DNA of 64,000 nucleotides, taken from an uncultured Chloroflexia bacterium (GTDB lineage: Bacteria > Chloroflexota > Limnocylindria > Limnocylindrales > CSP1-4). This document shows, piece by piece, positions 58,553 to 64,000 of this stretch. Numbering within the stretch: position 1 is the stretch's first letter; each line of letters begins with the position of its first letter. The stretch lies in the NCBI GenBank assembly GCA_963827965.1, contig CAWHCW010000019.1, positions 4,559-68,558 of the forward strand, in the 5' to 3' direction. The notes beneath the pieces were generated by a model. That model searched no databases, had not been told where the DNA came from, and saw only the letters and a program-made list of their open reading frames with translations. A program made the position numbers and the translations under genes.

Positions 58553-60135
58553 ATGAACCTTCTCCCCTTCCTCGCCGTGGCGACGAGCGGCGCCGTGCTG
58601 GCGACGCTCCTGCGGGGGCGACGCCGGGCGGGGACGCTCGTCGGGTTCGCCGGGGTTGCCGCCGCCCTCGTCGCGCTCGTCCTGACGGCGCCGGGCGAGA
58701 CGCTCTCTCTTGGCGGTGGCGCCGTCTCGCTGACTGCCTATGCCCGGGTCCTCCTCGGCGTCGGGCTCGCCGGCGGGCTTCTCGTCCTGACGGTGAGCCG
58801 CCTGGCGACCTGGGAGGCCCCCGCGCCGGCCACGCTGCTGGTCGCCGTCGCCGGCCTCACGGTCGCCCTCGGCGTCGGCGGCGCCATCCCCGGGCTCCTC
58901 GCCATCGGGGCGACGTCGGCGCTGGCTGCCGCGGTGGCCCTCGCCCACCCCGCCACGCCGCTCCGCGTCCGCGCCCTGGCGCGAGAGGCGCGCGGGGCGA
59001 CGCTGGCCATGACGATCGGCCTGGTCGCCGTGAGCCTGGCGCCCGAGGCGATCGGCGGCCTGGCCGTCCACCCCCAGGTCGCCGGGCTGGCCGCGGTGGC
59101 CGCCGGGCTGGCCCTCGGCCACCGCTTCGGCGCGATCCCGCTCCACGCCCGCGTCGCCCGCCTGTCCGACGCCGCGCCCGCGTCGGTCCTGCCGGCGCTC
59201 CTCGCCCTGATCCCCGCCGGCTGGGCCGTCGTGCTCCTGGGCTGGGCCCCCGACACGCTGGGGCCCGCGGCACCGGTCCTGGGCTGGGATGGGACGCTCC
59301 TCGTGATCGTCGGGCTCGCGACGCTCGTCCTCGGGACGCTCGCCGCGCTCCTCCAGGATGACCTCCTCCGGATCGTCGCCTACACGGTCGTCCTCGACGC
59401 CGGCGTCGTCCTGCTGGGGTTCTCCTCGCTCGACCCGGCCGGCCGCGATGCGCTCCGGGCCTGGCTCGTGCCCTTCGTCGCCAGCCGGGCCGGGCTCGTC
59501 GGCTGGGTCATCGCCTTCCGCGCGGCCTTCGGCACGACCCGCCTGTCCGAGGCCCGGGGCTGGCTTCGCCGGGCGCCGGCGCTCGGCGTCGGCGCTCGCC
59601 GCGATCGCGGCCGCCACCGTGGGCTGGCCCGGCGTGCTGGTCTGGGATGCCCGGCTGGCCGCGCTCGGGGCCGCCACGGGAGGTCCCGCCCTCCTCGTGG
59701 CGACCTTCGCCGCGTTCGGGACGGCGGTCGCCGTGGCGCGCGTCCTGGGCACGGGCCTCGGCCGCCTCGCGCCCCGGGTCGCCGCCGCTCCCGGCGAGCT
59801 GGCGCGCGTGCCGGCGGGGCTGCGCGCCGCGGCCCGGGCGCTGCGGCACGCCCGGGGGGCGACGCGTCGCGACCCTGCGAGCGGCCTCGCACGAGGCCCG
59901 GCCGCTGCTCGAGATGAACCGCACGCCGCTGCGGGCCCTCGTCGTCGTGCTCCTGGCGGGACTGGCCCTGATGACCGCCGGCGGGGCCTTCGGCATCCGC
60001 AGCGCGGCGGCGGACCTCGACCTGCCGGCGGCGATCCCCGCCGCACCGACCCCGGACATGCCGTCGCTCGCCGGACCGACCCCCTCGCCGGAGGTCCCGC
60101 TCGAGCCGGCAGGCACGGCCGCACCGGCCCCCTAG
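58553..60135 (+). CDS. Divergent NuoN/MrpD-like (Proton_antipo_M) membrane subunit (frameshifts near the 3' end)
   Basis: FGAIPLH...DAAP and LAALLQDDLLRIVAY resemble antiporter-like subunit motifs. Confidence 0.6.
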
Positions 60136-60167
60136 GCCAACGGCCGGTGGCCCGGCCCGTCGCGCGC

Positions 60168-60626
60168 TCAGCCCTCCGGGGCGAGCACCCAGCGGTCGAC
60201 CTCGCGGGCGTACTCCACGATCCCTTCCGGGAACCAGAGCGCGAGCTCGGCGGCCGCGGTGTCCGGCCCGTCCGACGCGTGGATCAGGTTCTGCGAGACC
60301 TCCAGGGCGAAGTCCCCCCGGATCGTCCCCGGAGCGGCCTCCCAGGGCCGCGTCGGGCCCACCATGGAGCGCACGACGGCGATCGCGTTGGGGCCCTCCA
60401 CGGCGATCGCGACCAGCGGGCCCGAGGTGATGAAGGCGACGAGACCGGCGAAGAAGGGTCGCTCGCGGTGGACCGCGTAGTGCTGCTCCGCGAGCTCGCG
60501 GCTCACCGCGACGAGCTTGAGGCCGACGAGCTTGAGGCCCTTGTCCTCGAGGCGGGCCAGGACGCGGCCGACGAGGAGGCGCTGGACGCCGTCGGGCTTG
60601 ATCAGGACGAGGCTGCGTTCGGTCAC
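60168..60626 (-). CDS. ndk: Nucleoside diphosphate kinase
   Basis: [29 protein letters not shown]. Confidence 0.95.
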   Translation of the reverse strand: MTERSLVLIKPDGVQRLLVGRVLARLEDKGLKLVGLKLVAVSRELAEQHYAVHRERPFFAGLVAFITSGPLVAIAVEGPNAIAVVRSMVGPTRPWEAAPGTIRGDFALEVSQNLIHASDGPDTAAAELALWFPEGIVEYAREVDRWVLAPEG

Positions 60627-61507
60627 TGGGGACTCCGTTGCGGGCCGGCCTCGGCCGGCCCGAGGGCGAGACGTTCGGCCGAAGCGTAGGCGATCCGGGC
60701 CTCGTCGTGGCGCCCCGCGGCCCGCAGCGCCTCGGCCCGCACGAAGGCGAGGGCGGCGACCGGGTCCGGCTCCGGCGTGGCCGCATCGAGGGCCGCCAGC
60801 ACCGCCTCGGCGGCCGCGCGGTCGGCCCGCAGGGCGAGGGCGAGGACGATGGCGGCGCGGGCCGGCGCCTCGTCGAGGAGCTCCGTGCCGGCCGCCAGGA
60901 GCGAGGCTGCCGACGGCGACAGCGACGCGCCCGCGGCGACGCGCCGGCGTCGCGGCTCCGCCAGCAGCGGGCTGCGCCGGCGCGGGCGGCACCGCGGGTG
61001 GCGACCGGCCGGGCGGCACCGCGGGTGGCGCCGCGACCGGCGCCGGCCGGGGCTCCGTGGTGGCCGCGCCCGCCGCGGGCGCCGGGGCGACCGCTCCTTC
61101 CCACGGCCAGGCCGCGCGGGCCGCGATTCCGGCCAGGATCGCGTCGAGGGATCGGGCGTCGCCGATTCGGGCGGCCGCGGCATCCACGTGGGCGGCGGCA
61201 GCGTCCGGGGCGCCCCGGCCGCGGCGGCCTCGGCGCTGATGACGTGGGCAAGGGCGCCCGATTCGCCGCCGGCATCGCCGTCCTCGAGCCAGGCGGCGGC
61301 CGCGACACCGGCGCCGGCGAGGTCGCCGGTCCGCCAGCGCACCTCGGCGAGGTCAAGGATCCCATCGCGGTCCAGGTCGTCCCGGCCGGCCAGCGCCTCG
61401 AGCTCGGCCCGGGCGAGGGCATGCGACCCACCGCGCAGGTGCAGCCGGGCGATGCGGAGGTCGGCGCCGCGCGTGCTCGCCGCCCGATCGGTCGCGGGAC
61501 TGCTCAT
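60623..61507 (-). CDS. Hypothetical helical (TPR-like) protein (frameshifted)
   Basis: ATGA/GTGA overlaps with both neighbours; [25 protein letters not shown]; [17 protein letters not shown]. Confidence 0.6.
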   Translation of the reverse strand: MSSPATDRAASTRGADLRIARLHLRGGSHALARAELEALAGRDDLDRDGILDLAEVRWRTGDLAGAGVAAAAWLEDGDAGGESGALAHVISAEAAAAGAPRTLPPPTWMPRPPESATPDPSTRSWPESRPARPGRGKERSPRRPRRARPPRSPGRRRSRRHPRCRPAGRHPRCRPRRRSPLLAEPRRRRVAAGASLSPSAASLLAAGTELLDEAPARAAIVLALALRADRAAAEAVLAALDAATPEPDPVAALAFVRAEALRAAGRHDEARIAYASAERLALGPAEAGPQRSPQ

Positions 61508-62783
61508 CGGGAGGCCGGGATCCGCAGCGTCGCGCGCCAGGGCCCGCCCCTTGCCGGCCGGGGCCACGACGGCCAGCCGGAGGCCCTCGTCGTGGAAGAG
61601 GCGCCCGGCCAGGTCGGCGACCTGCTCGGCGGTGACCGCCTCGATCGCGGCCAGCGCCTCGTCCGGCGTCATCACCCGGTCGTGGAGCGCCTCCTGCGTG
61701 CCGATCCACGACGCCAGGTAGCGCGTCTCGTCGAGCCGCAGCTCCAGGCGCCCGCCGAGGTAGGCCTTGACCTTGTCCATCTCGGCGTCGGGCACCCGCA
61801 CGTCGCGGAGCCGGGCGAGCTCGTCCAGCACGGCGGCGATCGTCGGCCGGATCTTGGCCGGATCGACGCCGGCGTAGACGGAGACGACGCCCGCGTCGGC
61901 ATAGCTGACGATCGAGCTCCCCACGTCGTAGGCCAGGCCGCGCTCTTCGCGCACCTCGAGGAAGAGGCGGCTCGACATCCCGTCGCCAAGGACGGCGTTG
62001 AGGACGGAGAGCACCCACTGGTCGGGGTGATCGCGCCGCAGGCCCGGCACGCCCACGATGAGCTGCGCCTGGGTGGTGGCGCGGGTGGCCCGCACGAAGC
62101 GCTCCCCGGCCGGGATCGCCGGCGCCGGCGCGAAGGCGGGGGTCACGCCGTTCCCCGTTCCGAACGCCTCGCCGGCAAGGCGCGACCAGGTCCTCGTGGG
62201 CCAGGTCGCCGGAGGCGGCCACGACCACGTTCGCGGGCCGGTAGTAGGTGCCCCAGAAGCGGTGGATCGCCTCCGCCGGGAGGGCCCGGACGCTCTCCTC
62301 GGTGCCGGCGATCTCCCGGCCGAGGGGCGTGTCGTCGAAGACGGCCAGGTCGAAGAGCACGCTGACGTGCTCGGCCGGATCGTCGAGGTAGGAGCGGATC
62401 TCCTCGACGATGACGTCGCGCTCGCTGCTCGATCTCGTGCTCGTCCAGGAGCGGGCCGGACGACGAGCTCGCCGAGCACGGTCATGGCCAGTGGCAACGT
62501 GGCGGACCGGCACGCGGACGTAGTAGACCGTCGTCTCGCGGTCGGTCGAGGCGTTGAAGGTGCCGCCGATCCCCTCCACGGCCTCGGAGAGCGCCCGCGT
62601 CGTCGGGAAGGCCTGCGTCCCCTTGAAGGTGAGGTGCTCCATGAAGTGGGCGCAGCCGGCCTGGTCGGCGCCCTCGTGGCGCGAGCCCGCCAGGACGTGC
62701 GCCTCGATCGTGACCGACCGGGACCCGGGCAGCCGCGCGGAGATGACGCGCGGCCCGTCGGGCAGCGCCGTGCGTTCGAACAT
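61504..62783 (-). CDS. M16 (pitrilysin-family) zinc peptidase (frameshifted)
   Basis: AHFMEHLTFKGT (HXXEH), FNASTDRE, SSRLFLEVREERGLAY. Confidence 0.92.
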
Positions 62784-63027
62784 CGGGCGGAAGGGTAGCT
62801 GAAACGCCGCCGTCACGAACGCCGACGGCCCGGCGGCCGGCCCGCGGGGGACCATCCCGGCCCCCGATGCGGGTCCAACGGCCCTTCGGCGGGGCAGTGC
62901 GCGGGCTATTCTTGGGGGGCGTGATCCGGCCTGGGCCCGGGCCCATCGCCGGTCGATGTGCCGCGACCTCGCGCCCTATGGCCCGCGGCGCCGCAACGCA
63001 TGGTGACCGCTTGGAGGAGAGGACACG

Positions 63028-64000
63028 ATGGCCAGCCGCCTCATGAAGCCGTTGTCGCTGCTCGCGGCAGGTGCGCTCATCGTCAGCGCCTGCTCCTCGG
63101 GCGGTGGCAGCCCAAGCCCGTCGTCGGGTGCCGCCGCCTGCGAGGCCGGTGCCGCCGCCGGCCTGACCCAGATCCCGGAGATCGTCGAAGGCAAGTTCAA
63201 CGTCGCCATGGTCCTCATCGGACCGCACAACGACGGCGGCTGGAGCCAGGCCCACTACGAGGGCCTGGTCTACCTCTGCGAGAACATGCCCGACTCGCAC
63301 GTCGCCTACATCGAGAACGTCCCCGAGGGCGACCGACTCCGAGCAGGTCTTCCGGAGCCTCTCGCGCAAGGGCTTCAACTTCATCATCGGCACCTCCTTC
63401 GGCTACATGGACCCCATGGAGACGGTGGCCAAGGAGTTCCCCAAGATCACCTACCTCCACCTGACGGGCTACAAGTCGAACGGCACCAACTACGGCAACT
63501 TCTTCGGCGCCATGGAGGACTTCAAGTACCTCGCCGGGATGCTCGCCGGATCGCGGGCCAAGCTCGACGGCAACCCGAAGATCGGGTACATGGCCACGTT
63601 CCAGATCCCGGAGGAGATCCGCCTCGGCAACGCCATCATGCTGGGCGTCAAGAAGACCTGCCCCGAGTGCACGATGGACGTCCGGTGGATCAACACCTGG
63701 CACGACCCGGTCCTGGAGAAGGAGGGCGCAGCGTCGCTCTTCGACGCCGGCGCGCAGGTCGTCTTCACCGGCGCCGACACCGGCGCCGTGGCCGACGTGG
63801 CCCAGGAGAAGGGCAAGTGGGGCGTCACCTACGACCACCCGGCGTCCTGCAAGGTCGACGCACTGCCTGACCGCCCCGTACTGGATCTGGGGCCCCGAGT
63901 ACAAGCGCATCGCGGAGCAGGTCAAGGCCGGGACCTACAAGGCCGGCTACGAGTACTTCGACGCCGACTCGAAGGCGATGGGCCTGCTCGGCTTCATGGA
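63028..64000 (+). CDS. BMP-family ABC substrate-binding lipoprotein (frameshifts; 3' end outside the window)
   Basis: IVSA-C lipobox; HNDGGWSQAH, GTSFGYM, YLAGMLAG, NTWHDP. Confidence 0.88.

Overview
Very GC-rich bacterial chromosomal segment made mostly of housekeeping genes. The large SRP RNA, T-box, class I LysRS and gene order suggest a Terrabacteria lineage, probably Chloroflexota (inference only). Many essential genes carry 1-bp frameshifts in G/C-rich runs, which points to uncorrected long-read indels, so the ends of those genes are approximate. Left to right: recR-ybaB-dnaX, large SRP RNA, two tRNA-Ser, two membrane/TPR genes, a tadA homologue lacking its catalytic Glu, panB plus an unknown conserved enzyme, tRNA-Arg(GCG) and tRNA-Ser(GCT). 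Next is an aro operon (aroF-A-E-C-KB-Q, chorismate mutase, gluQ) behind a Phe-Tyr-Phe leader-peptide attenuator, converging on a Trp T-box-controlled trp operon with an apparent TrpC-TrpF-TrpB fusion. After that come an acyltransferase, a beta-propeller lipoprotein, a two-gene fused EtfBA plus FixCX-like cassette, accessory genes behind tRNA-Ser(TGA), a GH73 hydrolase, an ABC exporter, serS, lysS (class I), greA, argR, uppP, hppA, lepB with degenerate antiporter-like subunits, ndk, an M16 peptidase and a BMP lipoprotein. Top leads: the probably inactive TadA next to tRNA-Arg(GCG), the FYF attenuator, the TrpCFB fusion, the compact ETF system and several unannotated structured 5' leaders.
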